A DNA stretch of 64,000 nt from the NCBI GenBank assembly GCA_016181885.1, contig JACOYJ010000001.1, forward strand, positions 2,792 to 66,791, written 5' to 3'. Below, piece after piece: positions 55,367 to 63,852 of the stretch (position 1 is its first letter; every line of letters begins with the position of its first letter). Under the pieces are notes generated by a model that was given only the letters and a program-made list of their open reading frames with translations, had not been told where the DNA came from and made no database searches. Source of the DNA: Candidatus Pacearchaeota archaeon (lineage in GTDB: Archaea > Nanobdellota > Nanobdellia > Pacearchaeales > GW2011-AR1). A program made the position numbers and the translations under genes.

Positions 55367-55759
55367 TTAATCAAATCTTGACCGCTTCATCTCTTCTTTC
55401 ACTACTTTTGGAGCCTCTTTGTGAATCTTAGCGAAAGAGGGGGTTATTATTATAATGTTCTCTCCAAATCCTGCAATATTTCCTTCCAGCGCATCAGCTG
55501 TTTTCTTGATTTTTGAAACAGCCCTTTTCAATTCTATAGGGTCTTTCTGTCTCAGGACTTTTATATCCACTATTGCAATGGTGTATCCTTCTCTCAAGAC
55601 ATTTAAGATTTCATTGACTTCTTCGTATTGTTTTAATACAAAAAGCTTGACAAGAACCTTGTTATCTCTTTCGACCTGATTCAAGTCTATTTCCAGATAC
55701 TCTTCCCCTGAAGATTCCGAGTCAGAACCAGTGAACATCCTTTTTAATTTACTTAACAT
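55367..55759 (-). CDS. sepF: Cell-division protein SepF
   Basis: 130 aa. ...KVLVKLFVLKQYEEVNEILNVLREGYTIAIVDI..L........RAV.K.K......G.I has the SepF/DUF552 layout. Confidence 0.75.
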   Translation of the reverse strand: MLSKLKRMFTGSDSESSGEEYLEIDLNQVERDNKVLVKLFVLKQYEEVNEILNVLREGYTIAIVDIKVLRQKDPIELKRAVSKIKKTADALEGNIAGFGENIIIITPSFAKIHKEAPKVVKEEMKRSRFD

Positions 55760-55833
55760 AATAGATTGAACTAGAAGACGTTTATAAATATTTCGTAGCT
55801 TTTGAATATATTTTTAACTAAAATATAGTAAAT

Positions 55834-56217
55834 TTATTCGTTAAGATATTGCAACCTTATAGCAATTTCTCCCAAGCAGGTAAAGAAATAACTCAAATCA
55901 CTTAGGGTATTTATCTCTGTTTTTGCCCCTAATAAAGATTCTATTCTATTAAGAACTCGCTTTTCAACATACCATCCATCAAAAGGTCTTGCAACATCTG
56001 GATCTTACATTCTTCCTTCTAGAGATTTATTAAAAACTCTTACCCCTAAAACATAAGGAGTGATATTAACTTCCCTTCTATAGGAGATTATTCTTCTTCT
56101 AATTGGATTCAACTTAAGTGTTGAAATTGCAATTTCCCTTTTTCTTACATCTCTATTGATAAGGGAAAATATTTTTTCTGCGCATTCTCTTGCTGATAAT
56201 AAACTATTCTCAACCAT
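55834..56217 (-). pseudogene. Hypothetical ORF interrupted by an in-frame TAA (70 aa + 56 aa)
   Basis: The ORF 56005..56217 ends ...SLEGRM*. The same frame continues DPDVARPFDGWYVEKRVLNRIESLLGAKTEINTLSDLSYFFTCLGEIAIRLQYLNE* (own translation). Confidence 0.3.
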
Positions 56218-56297
56218 ATTATCAATAAATAAAGCCAGTATAAAAATAATGTTATATTATAGAATATATCCTTCACAAGATTTTGAAATAAGAAAGG

Positions 56298-56630
56298 TTA
56301 TTTTTTCTTAGCAGATTGTCTCTCCTTAATAACATCATCTCTCAGCTTTTCCATCTTCCCGGCAAGGCCGGATTCCTGCTTTTCAAGGGTTTTCAGCCGC
56401 AAATTCAGCAGCTTTTCCTTGTTCTCAAGCTCTTCTTTAACCATGGATTTCTCAGATTTTATCATTAAATGCCCAATAATCTTAAAAATCTCATCGCCAG
56501 ACGCTGAAATTTCCTTCAGAGCTGATTGAGTCTCTGAAAGTTCCATATGAAAGGCTTGTTTTTGAAGAAGAACATTCTGCAAACTCTGCTCTAAAAGCTG
56601 CATTTCCTGTATTTTTTGTTCGTATGACAT
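56298..56630 (-). CDS. pfdB: Prefoldin beta subunit
   Basis: 110-aa coiled coil. ...EMQLLEQSLQNVLLQKQAFHMELSETQSALKEI... Lies in the conserved L37Ae-RpoP-prefoldin neighbourhood. Confidence 0.75.
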   Translation of the reverse strand: MSYEQKIQEMQLLEQSLQNVLLQKQAFHMELSETQSALKEISASGDEIFKIIGHLMIKSEKSMVKEELENKEKLLNLRLKTLEKQESGLAGKMEKLRDDVIKERQSAKKK

Positions 56631-56631
56631 T

Positions 56632-56772
56632 CTATTCTGCCTTTATTTTCTTAACTCTGGTTCTTGGCTTGAAAAAAATCTTGCTGCCGCAATACTGACA
56701 GACGAATCTCTTTTCAAGATTTACAGTCGGAATTTTTTTCCCGCATTTGAAGCACTTGTATATATTTGTCAT
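56632..56772 (-). CDS. rpoP: DNA-directed RNA polymerase subunit P (Rpo12)
   Basis: Own translation: MTNIYKCFKCGKKIPTVNLEKRFVCQYCGSKIFFKPRTRVKKIKAE*. A CxxC...CxxC zinc ribbon followed by KPR, as in RpoP. Confidence 0.7.
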   Translation of the reverse strand: MTNIYKCFKCGKKIPTVNLEKRFVCQYCGSKIFFKPRTRVKKIKAE

Positions 56773-56777
56773 TTTAA

Positions 56778-57089
56778 TTATTGATTTATTTGGCTATTTA
56801 TTTTATAATCTTCATAATTTGGACTGAATGGAAAAGTTACAATTTTAGCAAGATTTGGTTTTCCTTCGTTCGCAACTATCTTTCTCCTTTCCTCTAAAAA
56901 TTGATTAAAACCTTCTTCCGTTGTTAATGATCTTCCAATTGAAAACTGGTTAATTACCGGCCTAGCAATATACCTTGAAAAAGGGCTATCTGCCCCAAGC
57001 CCTAAATCTAATGTTGGTCTTGAAGAAATGTACATTCCTCCAAGAAACAAAAGTAAAATCATTAATTCATTTTTTGTTTCTTTTTCCAT
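56778..57089 (-). CDS. Hypothetical protein with an N-terminal TM segment
   Basis: 103-aa ORF between L37Ae and RpoP. Confidence 0.4.
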   Translation of the reverse strand: MEKETKNELMILLLFLGGMYISSRPTLDLGLGADSPFSRYIARPVINQFSIGRSLTTEEGFNQFLEERRKIVANEGKPNLAKIVTFPFSPNYEDYKINSQINQ

Positions 57090-57090
57090 T

Positions 57091-57309
57091 TTAATTTAAA
57101 TAAAATATATCTGACGCGAATTTTTTTCCGCATTTATTGCACTGCCAGATTCCCTTGGATAATCTTTTAACTCCTAATTTCTTGCAGTAAGGGCATTTTT
57201 GCTTTTTTCTCTGTTTTTCCTCAACAGCCACCAAGCTAACTCTAACTCTTTTTCCATATCTGGCGCCGAATCTTCCAGCTGATTTTGTTTTTTTTAGTTT
57301 TGATGGCAT
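57091..57309 (-). CDS. rpl37ae: Ribosomal protein L37Ae (eL43)
   Basis: MPSKLKKTKSAGRFGARYGKRVR...KCPYCKK..VKR...GIWQCNKCGKKFA. ATG at 57309 (the track start is TTG-extended). Confidence 0.88.
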   Translation of the reverse strand: MPSKLKKTKSAGRFGARYGKRVRVSLVAVEEKQRKKQKCPYCKKLGVKRLSKGIWQCNKCGKKFASDIFYLN

Positions 57310-57424
57310 TTTAAAACCTACGGTTTTAGATCCCTCGAGCAACTTTCTCTAATTGCCTCCGATGAAAGTTAGATCAAAACCTTATTATTAATAAGTTGAA
57401 AAGAGTATTTTTAAATGTTGGGAA

Positions 57425-57498
57425 TGGGGTCGCTGGGATTTGAACCCAGATTGAGAGGTCCCAAACCTCTAGTCGTTGCCAGATTGGACCACGACCCC
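57425..57498 (-). tRNA. tRNA-Pro (anticodon UGG)
   Basis: Hand-folded 74-nt cloverleaf: acceptor GGGGTCG/CGACCCC plus discriminator A; anticodon stem AGAGG/CCTCT with loop TTTGGGA; T arm CTGGG-TTCAAAT-CCCAG. No encoded CCA. Confidence 0.9.
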
Positions 57499-57499
57499 G

Positions 57500-58300
57500 T
57501 TATTTTATCCAACTAATTTTATTTATAAACTTATTGACATCAGATGATTTAACCTTAAAATTAATTTGCTTTGTTATTTCTCCATCTTTCCTAACGTTTC
57601 CTTTACTGACCCAAACATTTGTAGTTTCAATGTCAAAATTTTTCAACATATTTTTAAGAGAATTCATGAATTTAATTCCATCATTTAAAAGTCTCTCTGA
57701 CTTATTGAAGTTAATTCTAATTTCCTCTTTTCCATTTAAACGTTTATATTTACTTCCTTCACAATAAAAGATAGTTTTTAAATACTCTTTAGCAAATTCT
57801 TTGTTTTCTTTTATCCATTTTGGAACATCAAAAGAGGTAATCATTTTGTCTCCGACAGGAGTTCCACTATCTCTTAAAAACAAAACAATCTTTTTATTGA
57901 AAATCTTATACCTAAAACACTTGCCATAACCACTTCCTTCACCATAAATACCTTTCAATCCAAATTTCTTATAGATTATTTTTTCTAGCCTATTTAATAC
58001 TGCCTTGTTATTTGAATAAAGATGAAATCCTTTCAAATCTTTATACAAATGTCCATCTGCTGTCAAAAAAGATATTATTGTAACTAAATCCGTATCTAAC
58101 TTAAAGGCATTTTTAGGAAAGTTAACTACTCTTATATTTACTATTTTTAATCCTGCTTTTTTCTTTGCCTTGTTAAAAGAACCAAAATGACTGTAGCATT
58201 TCCAAGCAAGAACTGGAATATCTCTTCTCTTTGGAGAGTGTCCCAATTTTTTAGCCTCTTTCTTTAAATCTTTTAGTATTTTTAACTGAATTTTATTCAT
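57500..58300 (-). CDS. LAGLIDADG-type homing-endonuclease-like protein with an N-terminal homing-endonuclease-associated repeat
   Basis: IISFLTADGHL and YLKTIFYCEGS resemble the two LAGLIDADG helices. N-terminus GHSPKRRDI......YSHFGSFNKAKKKAGL is like the G..P......FGSW..A...AGL repeat. Confidence 0.55.
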   Translation of the reverse strand: MNKIQLKILKDLKKEAKKLGHSPKRRDIPVLAWKCYSHFGSFNKAKKKAGLKIVNIRVVNFPKNAFKLDTDLVTIISFLTADGHLYKDLKGFHLYSNNKAVLNRLEKIIYKKFGLKGIYGEGSGYGKCFRYKIFNKKIVLFLRDSGTPVGDKMITSFDVPKWIKENKEFAKEYLKTIFYCEGSKYKRLNGKEEIRINFNKSERLLNDGIKFMNSLKNMLKNFDIETTNVWVSKGNVRKDGEITKQINFKVKSSDVNKFINKISWIK

Positions 58301-59004
58301 TTTTTAGCTATTTTCCAGAGAAGGTTGAACTGAGTAAGATACGATTTGACAATATCTTTATTTTTGATTAAAATTTGAATATAAGGTTCTTTCCATATAA
58401 ATAAAGCCACTTTATGTCCGTAAATAATCATACTGGATAAAAAGATGTATTCTTTAGGCAGGCATCTATACTCATGCTTCTTCGCTTTTATTATTTTTAT
58501 TCCCTTTTCTAATATAACCCTTTCCCTAAGTCCTTGATTATTAACTTTTAATAAAAATTGCTCTGAAAAAATTGGTAAAATTTTTTCAAACTCTTTAACA
58601 GAGCCAATAGCACAATAATCCTTACCTTCCTTTATTATATCATTAAGAATCGTCTTAATTCCCTCTTTGCCCTTATATGTTTCAACTTTAGTTTCTTCTT
58701 TAGATTCTTTCTTTATTTTATTTAATTCGGGAATTAGCTTATTAATATTATCAACCTTCTCCAATAAATATTCCCTAATTCTTTCCGGGTCAACTGCCTG
58801 AAAATACTGTTTATTTTCTTCTTTTACTTGACTTACAAGACCTTTTTCTCTTAGCTTCTCAATAAGGTCATAAATGTAAGTTCTATGAATTCCTGTTTCC
58901 TGTGTTAATTGGGTAGCTGTTGCTTTTCCTAATCTTAAAAGCGATAGATAAATTTCAGACTCACTCTTTCCTAAACCGGCTTCAATTAACTTTATCTTAT
59001 CCAT
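58297..59004 (-). CDS. TrmB-family transcriptional regulator
   Basis: LGKSESEIYLSLLRLGKATATQLTQETGIHRTYIYDLIEKLREKGLVS is the TrmB wHTH; 235 aa. Confidence 0.75.
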   Translation of the reverse strand: MDKIKLIEAGLGKSESEIYLSLLRLGKATATQLTQETGIHRTYIYDLIEKLREKGLVSQVKEENKQYFQAVDPERIREYLLEKVDNINKLIPELNKIKKESKEETKVETYKGKEGIKTILNDIIKEGKDYCAIGSVKEFEKILPIFSEQFLLKVNNQGLRERVILEKGIKIIKAKKHEYRCLPKEYIFLSSMIIYGHKVALFIWKEPYIQILIKNKDIVKSYLTQFNLLWKIAKK

Positions 59005-59115
59005 AGAATTTTTAAGTAAGGATATTATATAAATTTTTCGTCTTTTTTCAGACTACATTAATTTAAATATATAAATTTCTAACTAATTTTAACTAAATTA
59101 ACAAGGAATTATAAA

Positions 59116-59388
59116 ATGATACAAGCATGTGGAATGCCTAATGACTTGATTAAAACACAAATTAATAGGGCGGTAAGAAAATACAGTCTTGAAAGTAAAA
59201 CAGACGAAGAACTGGTTCACATTTGGAGAGAATGTAGGACAAAACTTATAGGTCAAAAACTAGATATGATTAGTTTTTGCTCTGGGACTTGTTCACAAGA
59301 ACAATACAAAAGCTCGGCAATATTGACTATTTTAAGTGAGAGAAATGGGGAAAATTATATAGAAGGACTTTTAACTGAAAATAAATAA
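59116..59388 (+). CDS. Hypothetical protein
   Basis: 90-aa ORF; four Cys. Confidence 0.35.
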   Translation: MIQACGMPNDLIKTQINRAVRKYSLESKTDEELVHIWRECRTKLIGQKLDMISFCSGTCSQEQYKSSAILTILSERNGENYIEGLLTENK

Positions 59389-60135
59389 TCATTTTTTCTT
59401 CTTAGCTTCTTCCTTCTTTGGAGCTTCTTTTGCGGCAGGCGCTGCAGCGACAGGTGTTGTTGCAGCGGCAACGGCAGTGCCGGCAGCAGCAGTTGGAACA
59501 GCTCCAGTAGCAGGTGTTGTCGTTGCTGTGGCAGCAGCTGCAGCAGCTTCGGCAGCCTCCTTGGCAGCTTGTTCCTGCTTGATAACTTTCTCCTGCTCTT
59601 CTCTAACTTTGTTAAAGTGTTCCTGTAATTTTGATTTCTTTTCTTGGGAAAGATCTGTTTTTTCAGATGATATTTCTTTTGCGAACTTTCCTTCATCAAT
59701 CTGAACTCCAACAAGCGAAGCCGGCTCGTTTTCAACTAAAACACCAAGGCTAACGCAAGTGCCTATAACTGTTTTGACAGCAGATTTCAAATCCTTGCAG
59801 AGCAAATTAGGCATTTTTGTTTTTGCAACAGATATAATTTGTTCTATGGAAATATTTCCTGCATATTGTTTCTTCTGCAGACCAGAACCCTTCTCCAGGC
59901 CAAGTTCTTTCTTCAATAATTCTGAGACTGGCGGGGAGAAAACTTTAACTTCAAATGTTTTTGTTGAAGAATCAACATTTAATTCAACTGGGACTTTCAT
60001 CCCGGGAAAATTTTTCGTAGAATCATTTATTTTTTGGATTACTTGGCTGATATTAATTCCTGCTGGACCAAGCTTCTGGCTAAGAGTAGGACCTGGTTTC
60101 ATTTCCCCGCCTTCGACTAAAAGTTTTATGTTCAT
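59389..60135 (-). CDS. rpl11: Ribosomal protein L11 (uL11) with a C-terminal extension of about 88 aa
   Basis: LLVEGGEMKPGPTLSQKLGPAGINI..., ...PPVSELLKKELGLEKGSG... form the L11 core (about 160 aa), followed by a charged helix and an Ala/Thr/Pro-rich tail ending KKEEAKKKK. Confidence 0.85.
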   Translation of the reverse strand: MNIKLLVEGGEMKPGPTLSQKLGPAGINISQVIQKINDSTKNFPGMKVPVELNVDSSTKTFEVKVFSPPVSELLKKELGLEKGSGLQKKQYAGNISIEQIISVAKTKMPNLLCKDLKSAVKTVIGTCVSLGVLVENEPASLVGVQIDEGKFAKEISSEKTDLSQEKKSKLQEHFNKVREEQEKVIKQEQAAKEAAEAAAAAATATTTPATGAVPTAAAGTAVAAATTPVAAAPAAKEAPKKEEAKKKK

Positions 60136-60136
60136 T

Positions 60137-60373
60137 TTAAAACCCTACTGATTTAACTGCTCTAAAAAAGTTATAATCTCTTTGAAATTTTTCTCTCTCC
60201 ATTTTGTATATATCTCTATCTGTTTTTGTTTCACGACGAGCTGTAATTAATTCATAAAACATTCTCCATCTTCTCATTTCTATTTCATCAATTTGGTGCT
60301 GTATATTTTTACGTTTATGCGAACGCACACCTGTTGATTCAATTACTTCTTCTGGTAAAATTAGCCTATTCAT
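60137..60373 (-). CDS. Hypothetical small basic protein between spt5 and L11
   Basis: 78-aa ORF filling the gap exactly. Confidence 0.4.
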   Translation of the reverse strand: MNRLILPEEVIESTGVRSHKRKNIQHQIDEIEMRRWRMFYELITARRETKTDRDIYKMEREKFQRDYNFFRAVKSVGF

Positions 60374-60374
60374 T

Positions 60375-60821
60375 TTATTCTTCCTCGTCTCTTCTTACAA
60401 CCCTGACGTTATCCAATTTAATTGTGACCGGCAATGGAACAACTGCTCCAAGCAAGCTTACCACAACTTCTTCCTTCTGCTTGTCTATTCTTATAACTTT
60501 CGCTTTTTCTTTTTTGAATGGTTCGGCAATTATCTCTACAATGTCCCCGTCTTTTATTGAAATCGCCTCGACAGAAGGCTCAACCATATTTTTTATTTCA
60601 TCGTAGCCTATTGTCTTCCCTATAATTCCTTTTACATATGGCAGATTAAAAACTGCTTCCTCTGCAGAATCTCTGTCTTCTGCTTCCAAAAGAACATAGC
60701 CTCTAAGCCCGTGCGGTCTTGAAACTGAAAATACATTTAACGCTTTTTTTTCCGCTCTTTCAGCTATCATGTCGACGGCTCTTTCTTCCTTGTTTGTCGT
60801 GACTTTTATTATGAAAATCAT
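60375..60821 (-). CDS. spt5: Transcription elongation factor Spt5 (NusG homolog)
   Basis: NGN domain (IFIIKVTTNKEERAV...GYVLLEA) plus a KOW domain (IKDGDIVEIIAEPFKKEKAKVIRID). Confidence 0.85.
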   Translation of the reverse strand: MIFIIKVTTNKEERAVDMIAERAEKKALNVFSVSRPHGLRGYVLLEAEDRDSAEEAVFNLPYVKGIIGKTIGYDEIKNMVEPSVEAISIKDGDIVEIIAEPFKKEKAKVIRIDKQKEEVVVSLLGAVVPLPVTIKLDNVRVVRRDEEE

Positions 60822-60894
60822 AATCAGCTCCGACTACGCCTTAACAATCTAAGGAGTAGATAATATTATTTAAAGAGGATGGTTTATAAATCTT

Positions 60895-63186
60895 TCACTT
60901 CGGCGACCATTTAGGATTTAAGTCACTATAAGAGTTATTTGTTATTCTTTTTTTGCCAGTGCCGTCAGATTTCATAATCCAAATTTCATAGCTGCCAGTA
61001 TTTCTTTGTTTAGAGGTATAAACAATAAATCTCCCATCGGGAGAATAACAAGGCATATCGTCATCAGTATTTTGATCGTTTGAAATATTTCTTTGATTTG
61101 AGCCATCAGAATTCATAACATAAATCTCAGAGTTTCCGTCAAATCTTGAAAACACTATTTTTGTTCCGTCGGGTGAAAAACACGGATAGCCGGCTGATTC
61201 AGAAGCATTTGTAAGTTTTTTTGCATTCGATCCGTCAAGATCCGTCACATATAAACTAAGATCGGAAGAATTAACAAATGCAACTTTTTGTCCATTTGGA
61301 GACCAGGCAAGATTCCAATAGTCATAAACGTCAGAACCTACTTTTCTCTGATTAGAACCATCAACATTCATTAGATACAGTTGCGACGGATCTGGATAAC
61401 TCCTGAGATACAATATTTTCGTTCCATCGGCAGAGAATATTGGCTCCTCTTCTTGTCTGTCTGGAGTTGCAGTAATTTGAACTCTATTTGTCCCATCTGC
61501 ATCCATCACATAAATATCTATTCTACCTCCAACAGGAGGATAAGATGCGGAATAGGCTATTTTTCTTGCATCCGGAGACCAGGAAGGAAGAACTTCAATA
61601 GGAAAACTGCTTGAAGTCAGTTGCTTCTCTTGCGTCCCGTCGACATTGATAGTAAATATGTCCCAGCTATGATAGCTTGTTTGAGCATAATATAATATTT
61701 TCCCGCTTGGCATTCCAACTTCAGAAACATTAATTGTATCTTTTGCAACAGATTGATCGGCATTCTGATTTAATACTGTCACGCTTGGAATATAAGTTCC
61801 GGAAACATTGTAAGTATGCCTTGTTTTTCCGTCGAAGATTCCGTCTGGAGCTAAGCTGCTTTTCTCATTATAGCTGTTGCCATCGCCAAAGTTAAATTTG
61901 TATTCAACAACTCCTCCAGTAGAAGCTGACGCGTCAAGCAAAACTTCCAAAGGAGCGTTTCCGCTGTCGGGTTTTGCTGTTAATCTTGAAACAAGAGGAG
62001 GAGTTGTATCTTTTGCAAGTGTTTTTTTATAATTAATAATATTTATATCATAATCTATCCATCCAAATATTTTGTCTTCAACGCCAAGAGAAGCTTCCAA
62101 ACCTGCTGATAATTCCCATCTCGGACTTTGAGAAGCGGCATTTAGTTCAAGAAAACCATCTACGTCTCCATAAACTCCAGCAAGACCATAAACCAGCAAG
62201 CTCATTTTCGGGCCAAGATATCCTTTAAACTTCACATCTCCGGAAACTGTTGGTTCCTGATAATCAAAGTCTGCCTTAAACTCAAATGGAGCAGACCACT
62301 CTTCATTTTCCCTTATTATTCCTGCCCTAAGTGTTGCGCTTTGAGAAACTCCTGTGCCGAATCTTGCATATGCTTCTCCGCTAATTCCGGCGACAAGCTC
62401 AAGGTACGGGATAACGAATAAAGGGGTTGATGGGATTGGAACAGGAGCAAAAAAATATTCTGCTAACCTAATCTCTTTGCCAACCCGGAAAAGCGCTGCG
62501 CCAACTGTCAAGTTCTGAGATTCTGTTATTCTATTATCAAATCTCAATTTCTTAAGCTTAAAATCACTAACTTTTAAATCGAAAGCAAAGTCATAATTAA
62601 AGGAAATATCCCCGTTTAATATTACTTGGTCATGAATTGTATTTGGATTGCCATCATTGTCGTAAACAACTAAATTATTAAATGAAATAATAAAATCAAA
62701 ATTCTCGGAAGAAGCGGGCTTTGCAAGCCCATTCAATGAATTATTTCCAATTATCTCTCTGGGAGTTAAACGCTTTGAAATAGAGATGTCTGCCTCTTTT
62801 ATTGCATCTTCAAGTGTTGCCTGGCTTGCAAGCAGGGTTTTCCTATCATCAGAAATTGAAGTGACTCTTCGCAAAAATCCTAATTGAGCCAATGAATTAG
62901 GAACTTCGCTGATTATTATATCTCCTTTATTTAAAGATTCTACTTGGGGGGTTGGGGTTTGAAAAATAATTGTGTCCCCATGATAATAAGAAAGATTTCC
63001 CATAGTTCCTTCATCCAATATATTAACGCTCTCGGCAAATTCTATTTTTTCTTTTGGAGGCTCAACTGGTTTTGTCGGCTTGCCGCCCCCGCACGCATTG
63101 ATAAATAAATAAGACGCTGTTAATGCAGCAGCCAACGGTGTTCTTGAGAATTTCTTTGCCTTTCCCAACAAACGCTCGAGTTCCAT
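60895..63186 (-). CDS. Lipoprotein with a PKD domain and a TolB-like beta-propeller
   Basis: Lipobox-like FINACGGG. PKD domain: GNAPLEVLLDASAS...YKFNFGDGNS...HTYNVSGTYIPSVTV. At least five WD40-like PD40 repeats (SWSPDARKIAYS, FSADGTKILY, AWSPNGQKVAF, FSPDGTKIVFS, YSPDGRFIVYTS). Confidence 0.7.
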   Translation of the reverse strand: MELERLLGKAKKFSRTPLAAALTASYLFINACGGGKPTKPVEPPKEKIEFAESVNILDEGTMGNLSYYHGDTIIFQTPTPQVESLNKGDIIISEVPNSLAQLGFLRRVTSISDDRKTLLASQATLEDAIKEADISISKRLTPREIIGNNSLNGLAKPASSENFDFIISFNNLVVYDNDGNPNTIHDQVILNGDISFNYDFAFDLKVSDFKLKKLRFDNRITESQNLTVGAALFRVGKEIRLAEYFFAPVPIPSTPLFVIPYLELVAGISGEAYARFGTGVSQSATLRAGIIRENEEWSAPFEFKADFDYQEPTVSGDVKFKGYLGPKMSLLVYGLAGVYGDVDGFLELNAASQSPRWELSAGLEASLGVEDKIFGWIDYDINIINYKKTLAKDTTPPLVSRLTAKPDSGNAPLEVLLDASASTGGVVEYKFNFGDGNSYNEKSSLAPDGIFDGKTRHTYNVSGTYIPSVTVLNQNADQSVAKDTINVSEVGMPSGKILYYAQTSYHSWDIFTINVDGTQEKQLTSSSFPIEVLPSWSPDARKIAYSASYPPVGGRIDIYVMDADGTNRVQITATPDRQEEEPIFSADGTKILYLRSYPDPSQLYLMNVDGSNQRKVGSDVYDYWNLAWSPNGQKVAFVNSSDLSLYVTDLDGSNAKKLTNASESAGYPCFSPDGTKIVFSRFDGNSEIYVMNSDGSNQRNISNDQNTDDDMPCYSPDGRFIVYTSKQRNTGSYEIWIMKSDGTGKKRITNNSYSDLNPKWSPK

Positions 63187-63347
63187 GCGGTTAACTTAAT
63201 TCAATGGTTTAAATATGTTACGAAAAATTAGCTATGTGTAAATCCTAAACCATAAACTTTGAATTATTAAGTAGAGAAAAAGTGAATTCTGGATACAATG
63301 AAATAAATATCTCGGAGCTTTGCAAAGCGCCAAAATTTTCCAAAATA

Positions 63348-63524
63348 TCAAAAAAGCGCCTTCATAAATAAAGAAACCAAAAAACCGAAAAGCCCAAGGA
63401 TTGCGATTCCAATGGCTGCGACTTTTGCGACCTGCTCGTACTCTGGCTTTGTCGGTTTTCTCAATGAATGCCAGACTCTTGTGCATTTAACAAAAAATGA
63501 TTTTGTTGATTCTGTAAAGCTCAT
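63348..63524 (-). CDS. secE: Protein translocase subunit SecE (Sec61 gamma)
   Basis: Own translation: MSFTESTKSFFVKCTRVWHSLRKPTKPEYEQVAKVAAIGIAILGLFGFLVSLFMKALF*. Has the KP...E motif plus a single C-terminal TM segment. Different frame from track ORF 63232..63486. Confidence 0.65.
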   Translation of the reverse strand: MSFTESTKSFFVKCTRVWHSLRKPTKPEYEQVAKVAAIGIAILGLFGFLVSLFMKALF

Positions 63525-63605
63525 ATTAAAAACAAAGATTGGGAGTTTTTAAAACTACTGACTTAATAAAAACAGAATTGAAATATTTAGATTAATAATT
63601 TTTAT

Positions 63606-63851
63606 CTAATCTTCAACAAAGAGATATTCTACACTCGTTCCGTATGGATGAATTGAAATATATTCCTCTACAATAAAGTCAGAATCTCTCGTAGTGGTAA
63701 TTAAAGCATAATCTTCCTGAGTTAAAATAACCCTGCGTTCTCTATCTCCACCAATTTTAGCGATAACAAATTTTTTATTATTACTTTTCAATATATCAAA
63801 AGCTTGCTTCAATGTTATAGCATCTTTTAATAAATCTTCAATATGGGTCAT
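63606..63851 (-). CDS. Hypothetical protein
   Basis: ATG at 63851, one nt after the FtsZ stop; 81 aa. Confidence 0.35.
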   Translation of the reverse strand: MTHIEDLLKDAITLKQAFDILKSNNKKFVIAKIGGDRERRVILTQEDYALITTTRDSDFIVEEYISIHPYGTSVEYLFVED

Positions 63852-63852
63852 T

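Noticed and set aside
57425-59100. Integrated mobile element at tRNA-Pro
   Set aside because: The flanking genes abut the 5' end of the tRNA, not the 3' end. No integrase gene is present and I found no duplicated tRNA fragment. This is reported only as a curiosity, not as a mobile element.
63232-63486. 84-aa ORF from the track
   Set aside because: A different frame on the same strand gives a textbook SecE-like 58-aa protein (63348..63524) in the expected position next to spt5 and L11. The 84-aa frame has no recognisable features.
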